Shown here in pieces: positions 14,501 to 27,528 of a stretch of 64,000 bases of DNA. The stretch comes from Octopus vulgaris. Taxonomy: Eukaryota. The notes under the pieces are model-generated. The model had not been told where the DNA came from. It ran no database searches and saw only the letters and a list, made by a program, of their open reading frames with translations. The stretch's first letter is position 1; the number at the start of each line of letters is the position of its first letter. Location: assembly GCA_951406725.2 (NCBI GenBank), contig OX597815.1, positions 50,840,001-50,904,000 of the forward strand, written 5' to 3'. Both the position numbers and the translations under genes were made by a program.

Positions 14501-17384
14501 TACTAATCAAATGTAATATAGCAATCTAATATGCATAAATAACATCACCAATAAACACCAAAAATCAAAGGAGGTAAGCAGTGGCCTGCATTGACAAAAG
14601 GTAATTCCACAAAAGTCAAAAGTGGCATTGGTGCTGTGAGGAGAAAATATCTGTTTCAGACAATGCCCTCTCCATTGATAACTGGAGAAGAAATATCAGA
14701 AACTAAAGGCTAAATTTTTAAAAACAAAACAAAACTAAAAAATAAAATTGCAGTGGGCTACAGTCGGTTATTTGGTTAGATTTCCTTCAAAATCAAAGAC
14801 TAATGCAAGCACTTGTCAATTCTTAAATATGCGTGTTAGAACTACAAAAATATGCTTCAAATTATGTGGGCTTGATTCATGAAAAGATGAAGATTGCATT
14901 TCAAATTTTGACAACAATTTGGGTAAAATCTTAAAGAATATATTAATAAATTTATATTAAATTTCTTTTTACTTTTGTTATGTAAGATAAAAATATAGTT
15001 TATAGAACCACCAAATATAATACTATATTCATATCTAATATTATTTTGATGAAAAAATATCATTTGTCACAAGATTATCACTTTACAGACTTTTAACCTG
15101 ATGCTTAGAGAGTACATATCTGTATGTCTACACTCTGTTTCAGTTGGTAAGATCTCCTAATCATCATGTGGATTTAAAGGAATAGGAGACCTAATAATCT
15201 GAGATTGAACTGATTAAAATGCAGTCTCAATATAAATATTGTAAATAAACACTTTAAATTATAATTTTAACAACTTTAACAACAAAAACTCATGTCAGAC
15301 ATGTTGATGGTTATTCAGTCTGGTCTATTTCATTATATTATTTAGTTAAATTTTCCTTCATTTCAAATCACTTTCTATCAAATCTATTTTAAACAATATT
15401 CTCCATCATACTCAATTTCTTAAATATTTTCATTAAAGAAAGTATATAAATACATTCACTAAATACAAAGTGATAACAACATAGTGATTTACCCAATAAC
15501 TTTCACATATTTCTTAATCTAGAGTTAACAACATTAAAATATTTGTGTATTATGTCAGATCAACTGTACATGATTATTTTCAAACAATATGACTTAAATC
15601 TCAATATCTTTACAGATGAAATTTGTATAAGGAAGAACAAATTGTGTTTCTAAACAATTAGTTTAGTGTACATATTTTCTTAGATATTTTGTTTACTTAA
15701 GTACTGAACTACATTTTGAAAATCTCTATCTATGAGCTGAAAGTGAAAATTGCTGCTTCCCTCTCATAAAAACAAAAATATCACTGATCTGCTTTTCTGT
15801 ACAATTCATACTGAAACATTTTCCTAATCAATGTATTTGAATTTCTATTTATTTTTAATGTGTATTTTCTATAAATGGAAATTCTGAAAATTGTCAATTA
15901 CCAACTTGGAGGTATTAACATTGGGCAGAACAGCAATGGCAGGGAAATAGAATATTGCCATATTTCATATTGAGATAAATCTATTCTATTGAACTGAGTA
16001 GATATGTGTATCAGTCATTATTGATGTAGACACCAAAGAGCAAGTTGCTCAGAAGACAGATAAACCTTTTTTACTTTATGTAAAGCTTTAATAAATTTAT
16101 TTTAATTGGTTATGTTGAGTGAAATAAAAAAAAATACTTTATTCCATCCGACCACTACTAAGAATATTGATATGTCAATTCAATCAATATCTTGAAATTA
16201 GCTGTATGTGAATAAAGCTCTGTTGAATTATTGATACTATAAATCACATACATATACACACATCTATACATTGTTTATTTGTTTGCTTCTTGAATGAAAA
16301 TGCCTACACTGGTTTTCAGGATTAATGAGAAGACATTGTACAAAATGTTAACATTTACAGATAGAGTGAGGATTTTTTTTTTTTACAAGTTTTGATAATC
16401 ACTAAATTTAGTTGTAAGATTTTCCCCTCTGATTTCAAGAATTCTGGAATGAAGCAAATATTGTTTTAATTGTTTATAGCATTCTTTTGTTTAATTTACT
16501 TGAGTACTATGCAAATATGAATTTGTAGTATAAATGTTCATTGTATAAATTTTATGATTGCTAACTATAGTTTTAGAAAGAACAAGGAAAATTTTATCTA
16601 CAAGCTAGCTTACTTTTTTATTTATTTATTCTAATCCATTAACACTGTGCTTACTGCATATGAATAAAAGAAATGTTCTAAATATTTTTTAGAATCAAGT
16701 CTAAAAAACAACTATGTAATTCATTGTTATTATTCTTTATATGATTCAGATGTGCAATGTGTATGTACACACATATCTTTGTCCACTCACTAATATATAT
16801 TTGGACATGTTATTTTTCTATTACTGCTTACCAAAATTTTGCCTTTCGTTAAAATATATAGTTTAATTTACATAACAATGCCTATACACCAGTAAAGGAC
16901 TCAGTATTTATTTCCATAACTAATTCCATCATAAAAACGTGTCAAAAATAAGAATCTTTAATTAAATTCTATTTTAAAAAGTTTCCTTTCTTGTCTCTTA
17001 TATCAGTTCTTGGGTTTTTGGAAATGAATTCAATGAAATTAAATGAAACTTGGAGACAACTGCTGTCATTTAATGGAAATTAGATTTTGTAGGGAAGAGA
17101 GAATTCTTTATTTCAAATGTCTTCATATGGAAAAGCTCAGTTTAAATATATATGTCTTTAGAATATCTATTTTACACCTGGGCCATTAGCTGACTGATTT
17201 TCTTCTTTCTGTGTAATGTTGTTATTTTCCCTGAACCAATAACTTTTCTCTTTATTTACAATATATTTTTTACATATTCAAGTAAACACATGCAAAATGC
17301 ATAAAATATGATCCATAGATAATTACAAATACTTTACATGCTTTCAGTGATATATTTCTAGTCGTAGCAGTATAATAATCAATT

Positions 17385-17570
17385 ATAGGCACAAGACCTG
17401 AAATTTTATGAAAGGGGATTACTTGATTACATCAACCCCAGTACTCACCTGGTACTTATTTGATTGGCCCCCAAAAGGATGAAAGGCAAAGTTGACCTCA
17501 GTTAAACTTGAACTCAGAATAATATCAAATGCCACATTGCATTTTGTCCAGTGTGCTAACAATTCTGCCC
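17385..17570 (-). mobile_element. SINE family C with Deu/Nin-like central domain
   Basis: Minus strand ggcagaattgttagcacactggacaaaatg...ttctgagttcaag...gaggtcaactttgcctttcatcctttt...aataagtaccag...ctggggttgatgtaatc. The gcctttcatcc...aagtaccag motif resembles the Deu/Nin domain as recalled. Confidence 0.75.
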
Positions 17571-18967
17571 TGTTGTATAATAATGCAACTCTATTTTGTT
17601 TCACCTTAAATTGTTATTCAATCTAGTAAATCAAGTGTTATCTAGTAGATAATACTTTCGATACCTGCTTATTTGAAGCCTCCTGTTTAAGATGTTTAAA
17701 TGTAAATTAAAATGTTACATCATAATTTTATCATTACCTGAATTCCAAATACCAGTAAGTATTTTATTAAGTCTCTCAAAATTCTTGATTAATTTTGAAA
17801 TTAATTGAAATATATAGGTAGTGTATTTCATCAGAAATAAAGTCCCAAAATGATTAATTTCTGTGCATGAGGACTTCAACCAATGCTTTATCTCTTCGAT
17901 CTAAACTAATAACAATTGTTTTAGTTGAATATTTCTCATAAAATTTGGCATTGATCAAATAGATTTGAAAATTGCCAATAAGGATAGTGTCAATGTTGAC
18001 TGATCTGTCTTATGGTCAGAGGCATTCCTGAGTGCCCATTACGCCCTTGTTTACATCACATTAATTGATTTTGGATTGTATTATTCTATATATTCTTTCC
18101 TCTAAGATAGCTGAGGGTGATTTGAGTGATGTTTGGTTATTAATTTTTGCGTGTGAGGTAGTCATGTAAAGCTTTCTTTAATGTCTCATCAATATGGTTG
18201 TATTTACAAACTGGTGTCACTAACTTATTGATGTTAACAAAGTTTGTGGCACTCTATGCATGAGTCCCAAATCACTAGTATAAACTCAGCTATACTTAAA
18301 ATTGTCAAAATGGACTTAGGTTAATGTTTTAATAATTAGGTTTCCCTAATCTTTCACAGATTTTTCATCAAATAAAAAAAATCTACTCACCTTCTTGTTA
18401 CTGGTATAAACCATTGAAACTTCAGTTTACCATAGTGTCTTAAGAAATGATGAGTATATTGAAAAATGCAAAAGTCCTACATGCATTATGTTTAAAAAAT
18501 GTAAGATGGTCATAACTGGAATACCATTATGGTGTTCTATTTTGAGGGCAGGTCAAAGTATTCAAGGATGGATCAAGTACTCAAGTCTATTTAATCAAAT
18601 AAACTCACTCAAAATTTGTGGCCATGTGCCAATTTTAGAAATCAATGTTGTCTTGTAATGGAATACAATGTCATGAAACTTCAGCCATGTGGCCTATGCC
18701 CTATTTATTTAATCATTAATTGTAAGCATAAGTGAAGTGAGTGGTTCTAAAGGTAGTCATATGTGGTTGTTGAAATAGTAATTTAAAAGATATTCTAAAG
18801 ATAAAAGATGATACTGAAAACAATTTGTCTTATTTTATTTTATTTTTTTGTACAAATGCAAATTCAGATCAATTTTCAAAACCTAGCCTTCTTATTATCT
18901 TTACAAAAATATTTCATTCATATTTTTCATGTTTTATTTATGATACTTTTATTTTTTTTATTTGCAG

Positions 18968-19206
18968 CACTAGACAAACTTGGATATCAGCATATTTTCC
19001 ACATGGGTATGCAGGTAGAAATAGTTCAGCCAAATATAGTGTTTGATATTGCCAGTTTAATGCTCTATGGTGCACAGGCAACACCGATTCGCCTCAAGAT
19101 CCTGTTGGATCGACTTTTTAGTGTCCTGCAGCATGAGGAGGTGCTTCAGGTGCTGCATGGATTCGGATGGTCCTATGAAGATTATGCTCGAGGATATATC
19201 CTCCAG
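18968..19206 (+). CDS. BNC2: Internal coding exon (239 nt, phase 1 to phase 0) of a basonuclin-2 / disconnected-like zinc-finger gene, N-terminal conserved domain
   Basis: Translation (A)[79 protein letters not shown] closely matches the vertebrate BNC2 segment as I recall it (ALDKL...[46 protein letters not shown]...DY.RGYILQ). Polypyrimidine tract plus tttgcag acceptor (AG 18966-18967) and CAG|gttagt donor (GT 19207-19208). Locally raised GC and CpG. Orthology to BNC2 versus BNC1 cannot be resolved from one exon. Confidence 0.95.
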
Positions 19207-19281
19207 GTTAGTTTTTTCTTTTCTTTTTTTGTTTCTTTAATTATTGTCAGTGTTGCATCTGTATAATTTTCATTTATATAA

Positions 19282-19473
19282 CCCTTTAGCATTTAAATTG
19301 GCTATATCTGGCCAAAATATTCTACCTGTTTTATGTTCAAACTGGCCGGATCCAGCCTCTCACACCTACCCTACAATGTCATTGTAAAAATAAACAATCA
19401 CATCATCAATATTTCAAAGTTATGAGATAATGCGTGATTAATTGACACCAAAGTTATCTGAATGCTAAAGGGG
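19282..19473 (+). mobile_element. piggyBac-like MITE (TIR ccctttagcatt / aatgctaaaggg)
   Basis: Terminal inverted repeats with degenerate TTAA-like flanks (ataa, taa/gtaa). Homologous in reverse orientation to 30545-30768. Confidence 0.7.
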
Positions 19474-19779
19474 TAAACTTCAATTAAAATGAAAAAAAAA
19501 TTTCAATATGCTTCTCAACTTTAGACATTTTGTTAATCCTTCATTTTTTTATATTTATCTATACACATATCAGACAGCTTCATTAAGTATTTTATAGCAA
19601 TGAAATTTTAACCTTTTTATCTTTCATTTTTATTGATATGACTATTTGTCCTTTGCTGTTTCTTACAAAATAGTCATCAGTGTAACAGTACACTTATTAC
19701 CTCTTACTTACTAATGTTGTTTAGATCATCCACTATTCTATGGGGTGTATCTAGACAATACACTTCATAGAATAATTCA

Positions 19780-20260
19780 GTTATTTAGTTCTAGTCAAAG
19801 GCATTCCAACCATGACTATCCTATCCCATCCTATCTTTTTCAGATATAATGTATCTAGGGCTCTATCATTTGATAGATTCTTTGTTTTATGAGACAGTAG
19901 GCAATGATTTGGTTATTTGTGGGAGATTTGGCTGCCATTTCTAGGCTCCCCTATTGGCTCATTTTAGTTTTACTTCTTATTTGTTGCTATTTCACTTTAT
20001 CTGCATGACTAACATACTTAAGAAAGGCATAAATGTCTTTACATCCAGTTACCGGCACAAGTTGCTGTTTAGCCCTAGGTTAGCCTTGACCAAGCTGATC
20101 TAAAATCAAAGGTATTCTAGCTGTGACTAAATCATCCTTCTCTCAAACATTGTATAATCTAGAACAATATTATGTTCCTTCTTCCTCTTCAAGGTGACAT
20201 GGTCTAATTGCAGGTAATTTAGCTGCCATTTCCAGCAGATTGAGTGACCACGTAGAAGCT
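19780..20260 (+). repeat. Two degraded copies of a dispersed repeat family (also about 17990-18180 + and 10760-10950 -)
   Basis: Shared tcaaagg.attc.a.c..tgact and gatttggctgccatttctag / atttagctgccatttccagcag blocks. Confidence 0.5.
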
Positions 20261-21049
20261 CTCATTCTTTTATCTTCCTCAAGTGAATTCTCTAGGTGTA
20301 ATTACTCATCATCCATATTGATGGTTACAAATAATAAAGCAGAAACATTTATTGACTGACTGTTCATTTCACTTGTGTGTGAAATAGTATTATTTTTTTA
20401 TATTTAATAACATTTTATTTGTTACATCAGTTACATAAATTATCCCTCACTACAAGTATCTAATTATGCATCTATATAAATAAGAAAATATAAAAAGAAA
20501 GGAAACAGTTTTATTTCAACATTAATCTCATAATCTCTGATCAGTTTTGGTGGAGAGATCTGTAATGGCCACGGCCTCAGCTCCTTCCTTTGAACAATTA
20601 AAAAAATGCTATTAAATAACATTTCAGTATTATTTTACAAATAATAATAGATAATGCCTTGTGTGACAAAGGGCATAAAACTTATCATATATCTGAAGTG
20701 GAGCCCCTAAGATGTTCTGATATTTGATTTGACACTCTACTGGCAATTCTTTTAACCAAATTGATGTCAAATATACTGTTCTAAATTCCTTTGGAACACA
20801 TGTACAAGGTGAAAAGAGGATTCTGGTGTCTTGGTAACCCAAGATCTTCATAGACTCTGCCTTGTCTTGCATTATGGACTGGTTATTTCAGTCTTATTTT
20901 GAGATGCAGCTTAAATCCTAACTGAACAGTGATGCAAAACTACTTTGCCCCACCAAGCCAAGTAGATGCCAAGGAAATAGATTGCAATTTGTTAAATAGA
21001 AGGAGAAACAGCTTTGAAGTAATCATACAGCAACCATATAGTGATTGAC

Positions 21050-21190
21050 AAGGTTATTAGAGCATTGGAATAGACTAGCTTGTGGTATTCATTCTGACTC
21101 TGTGCTCTGAGTTCAAGTACTACCATGATCAAATTTTCCTTTCATCTTTTTACAGTTAATAAATAAAAGTACTTATACTGTAATGGACAA
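21050..21190 (+). mobile_element. Degraded family C SINE
   Basis: ctctgagttcaag...ttttcctttcatcttttt...aaataaaagtac. Confidence 0.5.
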
Positions 21191-21950
21191 AATCAGTTGT
21201 GATAAGACATGGAGAGGGATAGGCTCCATTTGATCTAAAAATACCTAAAGCACAGTGTGTGTCACAGTTGTGCCCCTAACACACCATGAAGAATTGAGCA
21301 TCCAAGAAAGGATCTTATTACTATCATTGCGCAATGCCTTTGAGCACTGGCTCCGGGTTGTCTCACTAAACAAAAACATGCTCCACTCCCTACTTCACAT
21401 TTTAGTGGTTAGTAATAGGTGCCAACAAATAAACAATCACTCATTAATGTGGTATGAAAGAAAAATGATGTAAAATGTTAAATTAAAAGAAAAGGTGTGT
21501 GATCCGCTTCACAAAGAGAGAAATAATTACTAAAGCTTGAGAATTCTCTGAGTCAAACTATATCCATCAATATTGAAAGCTGACTCACAGCACACACACA
21601 CACACATACACATGACACATATGTATATATATATATCAGTAGAGAAGAATATAAGTGAAGCAAAATAATATTTATATAAAGACTAGTAAATTAGATTACC
21701 AAAATAAATAAACGAATAAAAATATAAGAAAGAAAAACTTTACTAATAGGATTTGGAATAAGTTTGAATAGTTATATTTCTATGCTTTACTGACTGAAGT
21801 TGGAATATTTTCATTCAAAAATCAATCATTTTCTACATTCAAAATTCTATGAGCTATGCAAAAGGTTCATGGTTTATTGATTTACTTCTCTTCCATCATC
21901 TAATCTTTCAACTCTTTTCAATAGATATTACTTAATTGATAATTATAAAT

Positions 21951-22022
21951 AATGGCTTTGCTTAAAAATCTGTTAAAAGATAAAGTGATAAAAAATAATG
22001 TATGCACACACAAACTCACTCA

Positions 22023-22065
<43 letters not shown>

Positions 22066-22114
22066 CTGATAGTTTTGTGCTTGAGATACATTTTACTCCA
22101 CCTTTTATTAAAAA
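21951..22114 (+). repeat. ~160-bp segment duplicated at 24166-24319
   Basis: aatggctttgcttaaaaatctgttaaaagataaag...(CA)n...tacctgatagttttgtgcttgagatacattttactccaccttttattaaaaa. Confidence 0.95.
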
Positions 22115-24165
22115 TGAAAATAAATGTTCACCTAATGTATTTGAACTAATTCTGGTTCATTAATACCAGTATAGTTATTTTTAATATTCATAATTTCATA
22201 GAACTAACACTCTTCTTTATTAACAAAATATTAATCTTGCTGAAAATAACAGTAAATTTTCTGGTAATATACCATAGAATACTCCATCCTCAAACAGGAA
22301 TTCTGGTTGATATTTCCAGAGATTATTTAGAAACATATGTTCTTTGGAGCCTCTACTGTCTTACTTAATGTATGGATTAAAAGATATTATCAATTTATGT
22401 TCCAAACTCTAGGTTAATAATGGTAGGGTTATTTTATGAAATTCTTCATTATTATCAAAATTAATTAAAATAAAGGAAATACATTTTAACAGGAATTTGG
22501 TAACGAAAGTGTTAACTATCTCATGACACTTCAGTTTCTCACTGATAATCTCAGAGTGTACTGTGGAATTAGGTCAAATCTCATCAATCTTTACAAATAT
22601 TTGGTCATGAAATATATTTCAGATCTGATCACTTTGCATATAATGTGATATTTAATTGCTTATTTATTAATTTTGGCAATTTTATGTCACAAATATAACT
22701 TAATGGGACATGAAATACTTATATTCTTTTAAAAGTTTATCGCCAATGTGAAAAGTTTGGAAAACTCTGATTATTTGATAGAACTGATGACCTAGTTAAC
22801 AGGGTACTCAACAACAAGCTGAGGAGTTAACAGTTTGTATCCTATTATTTGTGTTGTAATGTTTCAATGTTCATGACATTTATTAGTAAGTTTAGTACAC
22901 CTGCGTACAAGTAGGTACCACCATGTTGTAGATTAGAATTCATTGCAGTAGCAGCTTTGTAAAATATATAAGGGATTCACTGGCTTCATATGTTAAATTC
23001 GGTTATGTCTGAAAGATATTACCTGTGACTGATAACCATACTATCCAGAAGAACATTTTTCTCTCAGGTTTAATGCTATAGAAAGTAGAATAGAATACAA
23101 GATCCAGTGAACAGTTAAAGGAAAGAAGGATGATAACGATGATGATGACCTATTTGATGGCTCAATGATTATCAGTTCATTCTTTATATGTAACCGTTGT
23201 ACATCTACACACATAAACACATGCATACTTAAGCAAGCATACATATTTCCACATGAACTTTGTATTAGATTTTGCTTTTCTCATTGAGGTACTATGTTCT
23301 TTTCCTTACACTCAGTTTTATTATGGGAATTTTGTTTCAGGGTAACTGACTTTCTTTGACATATCACACAAAATTAATCATGACTTCTGCTCTTTTATTT
23401 GATAACCATTTCCTAACTTATATAACATGATATTCTCATAGTATTGCACTTCTTCACAACTCTTCCCAGAAAATTTCAGACATTTTATTATAGTCAAGCA
23501 ACATATTTTTTTTACTCTGTATTTGTTACCATTGTTCTTTAACTCAACTTTTGGCCCAACTACAAGATGAACTGTGCCATAACATCAGGCAGATTACTGT
23601 ACACACATTTCCATTATCTGAATTCACTATCTGAGATAACACATAGTCTTATACTTAGAATAATCAGTTGCAATGTACAAATGCAGTGAATCCCATTACA
23701 GTGTCTATACTGTATAGTCAAAGACACAATGTTAACTAACATTATTTTATAGAATAAAGGAGCTAATGCAAGCAATTAAAGTAAATGTAGCTCAACAAAC
23801 AAACAAAAAGAATTTATTATCTTGTGTTACATTTTAACTTCTAATTTGTTATGAAATGTTTAGAAGATTGGAACCCATTTAGAAAGTGTAGACATGAATA
23901 CATGGGCATATATATACATGTTTATATAAATAGAAAGTGGAGAGATTGATTTAGATTATCATCACCTATGGAGAGTGAAGTGCAACAGCTCCAGGTAGAA
24001 ACCAAATCTATTTTGTGAGCTTAATTCAGCACTGGGATAGGTAATAGATTCATCTCCTTTTCAAATCATTTGATGTCTACTTATATATAATATCAGTTAT
24101 GTTTAAGTTAGTTTTTGTTTTATAGCAATCATTAAATCCAAAGATATGTAACATTATGTCTTGGA

Positions 24166-24239
24166 AATGGCTTTGCTTAAAAATCTGTTAAAAGATAAAG
24201 GGATAAAAAATAATGTATGCACACACAAACTCACTCACT

Positions 24240-24270
<31 letters not shown>

Positions 24271-24319
24271 CTGATAGTTTTGTGCTTGAGATACATTTTA
24301 CTCCACCTTTTATTAAAAA
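24166..24319 (+). repeat. Second copy of the ~160-bp duplicated segment
   Basis: Identical except for one visible substitution and (CA)n length. Confidence 0.95.
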
Positions 24320-26089
24320 GTTAGCAGTGACTTTATGATTTTCAGAATAATTAGTATTGTTTTTCTATATATATATATATATATATCAGATGCAAAAACG
24401 TTTCAGTGATAAATCACAAAAATTAAGCAGTATACAGTTTTTGGCAGATAATTTCGATTTGAATGAAAGAAATCCGCAGTTTTCTAATTTTCCATCTAAA
24501 AATAAGTTTATGCATGTACGTATACATACCCACACATGCACACTTACATTCTCTCTACTACTTACTTTCCAGCTATAATTAGGTATTTTTAGCATAAATT
24601 ACTATGTAAGATGCTCCTGATATTTACTAATGCATATAGATAGACATTTCAGCATCCACAACTAATATCTTCTAGATAGAAACTTTTGTTAGTTATAGCT
24701 TAATGAATAAAACAACTAAACACCACTTCAACTGTAGCTAAGATGATCTCATCTCTTATTAGAATAATTCTATTTTACCAGTCGTATATAGACACATAAT
24801 CTATTAGTGTTCTGTCTTCAATCAAACTTTAATATTTTTTTATGTCTTTTCTCAAAGATACTTCTTATAAATATCATTTATGTATACATTTATCTGTGAC
24901 TTGATGGCTTTTAGTGTAAAATAAATCATGTTGGTCATTTAAAGTAAAATAAATCTGTTTTCATACTTAATGAACAATTTGTGCTCTAAGTAAATACTTC
25001 TGACAAATTGGTAACTGCATGTGCTTGTGCATGTCTATCTATTATTACATATTGATTACTAAGAAATATACCTATTCTACCTATTATACTTCCTTTATCA
25101 GTTGAGAAAGCAGTGTAGATAAGTTATTGCAAGACTAGTTTTGATTTGTTTGCATTTAAGGTATTTTTTTAAATGCCATTATTCTCTTCTTTGTATTTGT
25201 ATTCATTTTTTCTTTATCTTATTCGGCTCGACATAAATTAATATTCTCTCTCATAGTTGAGTGATTTGCAAGAAGAAATCTTTCCAATTGTCAGCACCAA
25301 AAACAAAAGGAAAAATACTGCTAAATTTGCACTAGTGTTTATTTTGAGTTTATATGTGTAAAAGTGTCCCCTCTACCATTGTCACCACTAAAAAAAAAAG
25401 CTTTAAATCAAGTTTACTTTTGATTAATTGTCATATACAAAAAGTTAATTCTTTACTTTACATCTGGTTTTAATACTATTAACTTTAAAAATAGGTTTTG
25501 TTTTATTTACTGTTTTGATGCCAGGAGTTCAAATTTTCTAGAGCTGTTATGCTGGTTGCTTAGAATCACCACACAACTATAAATAGGATCCATTTTCAAT
25601 TGGCACAAGTCTGATCAACAATACAACATGCATAGAACTTTAAAATTATTTTCATAATAATTTTTGAAGTTATGTGCCTTCCTACTGCTAAACTTTCCTA
25701 ATTCCTTCTGTTTATCTGTAATTTGTCTGGTAAAAGCAGTTCTTTTATTTTAACTGACAATGTCGAAGAGATATTTCAACCATCCCAGCCTCTCAGCTTT
25801 AAAAATACATTGCCCATTCTATAAATCATGGAAACTTCTTAAAACTGTACCAATAAATGTTATCATGGATGGTAGATATTAAAATAGTTCTTAAAATATA
25901 TAATGTAATCAAACCAGAGTTTAGTTGTAGTTGTTAATTAGCTTGGAACCTTTCTTATTTCAGAATGCTTAGAAAAAAATATCCTAACAATCTCAACTAA
26001 AATATATTTTAAACTTACTGTATTAGCTGGATTTTCATTCCTTCCACTCATTATATATATATAAAATAAAAATAAATGCGCCCTTTTAA

Positions 26090-26283
26090 AGCCTTATGTG
26101 TTCCCCAGCTGGATGGGACGCCAGTTCATTGCAGCATTACTCATTTTTGCCAGCTGAGTGAACTGGAGCAACATGAAATGAAGTGTTTTGCTCAAGAATA
26201 CAACACGTCGCCCGATCCAGGAATCAAAACCACAATCTTATGATCATGGTGCTGACACCCTAACCAGCAAGCCATGCGCCTCC
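26090..26283 (-). mobile_element. tRNA-derived SINE, family B (5' part)
   Basis: Minus strand ggaggcgcatggcttgctggttagggtgtcagc...gtggttttgattcctggatcggg...ttcttgagcaaaacacttcatttc. Confidence 0.8.
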
Positions 26284-26371
26284 AATATATATATATATAT
26301 ATTGTTATATTTCGGAATGGTCATTTTGCTAGTTTAGCCAATAAAAAATCTTGCACAACAAATATTTAAAC

Positions 26372-26418
<47 letters not shown>

Positions 26419-27134
26419 AGTTTGTGTGTCCATTTATTTAATCAGTTATTAGCCAAGTGACATAAAGTTTTCAATTATTGCATTTTAATTATATTTATAA
26501 CACTATTTGTACATAATGTTTTTGTAATATATTTACATAAGTAGGTATTTCTGAAAAAACAGTAATAGAAAAATAGTATTTTTATGGCTAAATATATATA
26601 GACAATTATACTATGTACATGTATTTATCTCCTTGATTAACACCACTTAAATTGATATATTGATATTTGGTTATATAAACACAGCAACACTTTTTCACAT
26701 CTGATATTGTTTGTTGTAGCAATTAGTACATGATGATTAAATGTTTTATACTGTGAATCTTATAACCAAATAGCAGCTATGAAGGTAAATGTTAAGCAAA
26801 CAAGTTAACCAAATCAATTCTTTAGTACATAGTTTTTAGTTGTTAAGAGTAATAACTAAAATTAAAATTTGTTTACTATATTAACTCTTGTTCTCCTCTT
26901 TGTTTCCACTCTTTTTTTACTTCCACACTTCCATATCATTTATACATAAACTGCTTTTATAGTTTCTCTATAAATTGGCCATAAAAGGACTCTGAAATAC
27001 TTTTATTCATTTTGTTTTAGACTTTTCACTTTAAGTAATGAATAGTTTGTGAAAAATAGGGCTTTATGTGTGTGTGTGTGTACATATAAAGGGAAGCAGC
27101 TTTATACAAGCAGATTTACACGCACACACATATA

Positions 27135-27528
27135 GGTGCAGGTATGGCTGTGTGATAAGAAGTTTGCTTCCCAGCCACGTGCTTCCCACTGCACGGCACC
27201 TTTGGCAAGTGTCTTCTACTATAGCCAACCAAAGACTTGTGAGTGGATTTGGTAGGCAGAAACTGAAAGAAGCCCGTCATATATATATATATATATATAA
27301 TGTATGTATCTATGTGTGCGTCTTTGTTTCTGTGTTTGTTCCGCCCACCACCACCACCACCATCACTGCTTTATAACCGGTGTGTATTTGCATATTTACG
27401 TCCCCATAACTTGGTGGTTCAGCAAAAGAGACTGATGGAATAAGCACTAGGCTTTAAAAAAATTAGTCTTGGGGTCAATTTGTTTAACTAGAAAAAAAAC
27501 CCTTCAGGATGACTGAAACAAGTAAAAG
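27135..27528 (+). mobile_element. tRNA-derived SINE, family A
   Basis: ggtgcaggtatggctgtgtgataagaag...ttgtgagtggatttggtag...ctgaaagaagcccgtc...tgactgaaacaagtaaaag. Confidence 0.85.

Noticed and set aside
18808-19266. Whole 152-aa ORF as a gene
   Set aside because: Only 18968-19206 is coding-like; the flanks are T-rich intron read-through.
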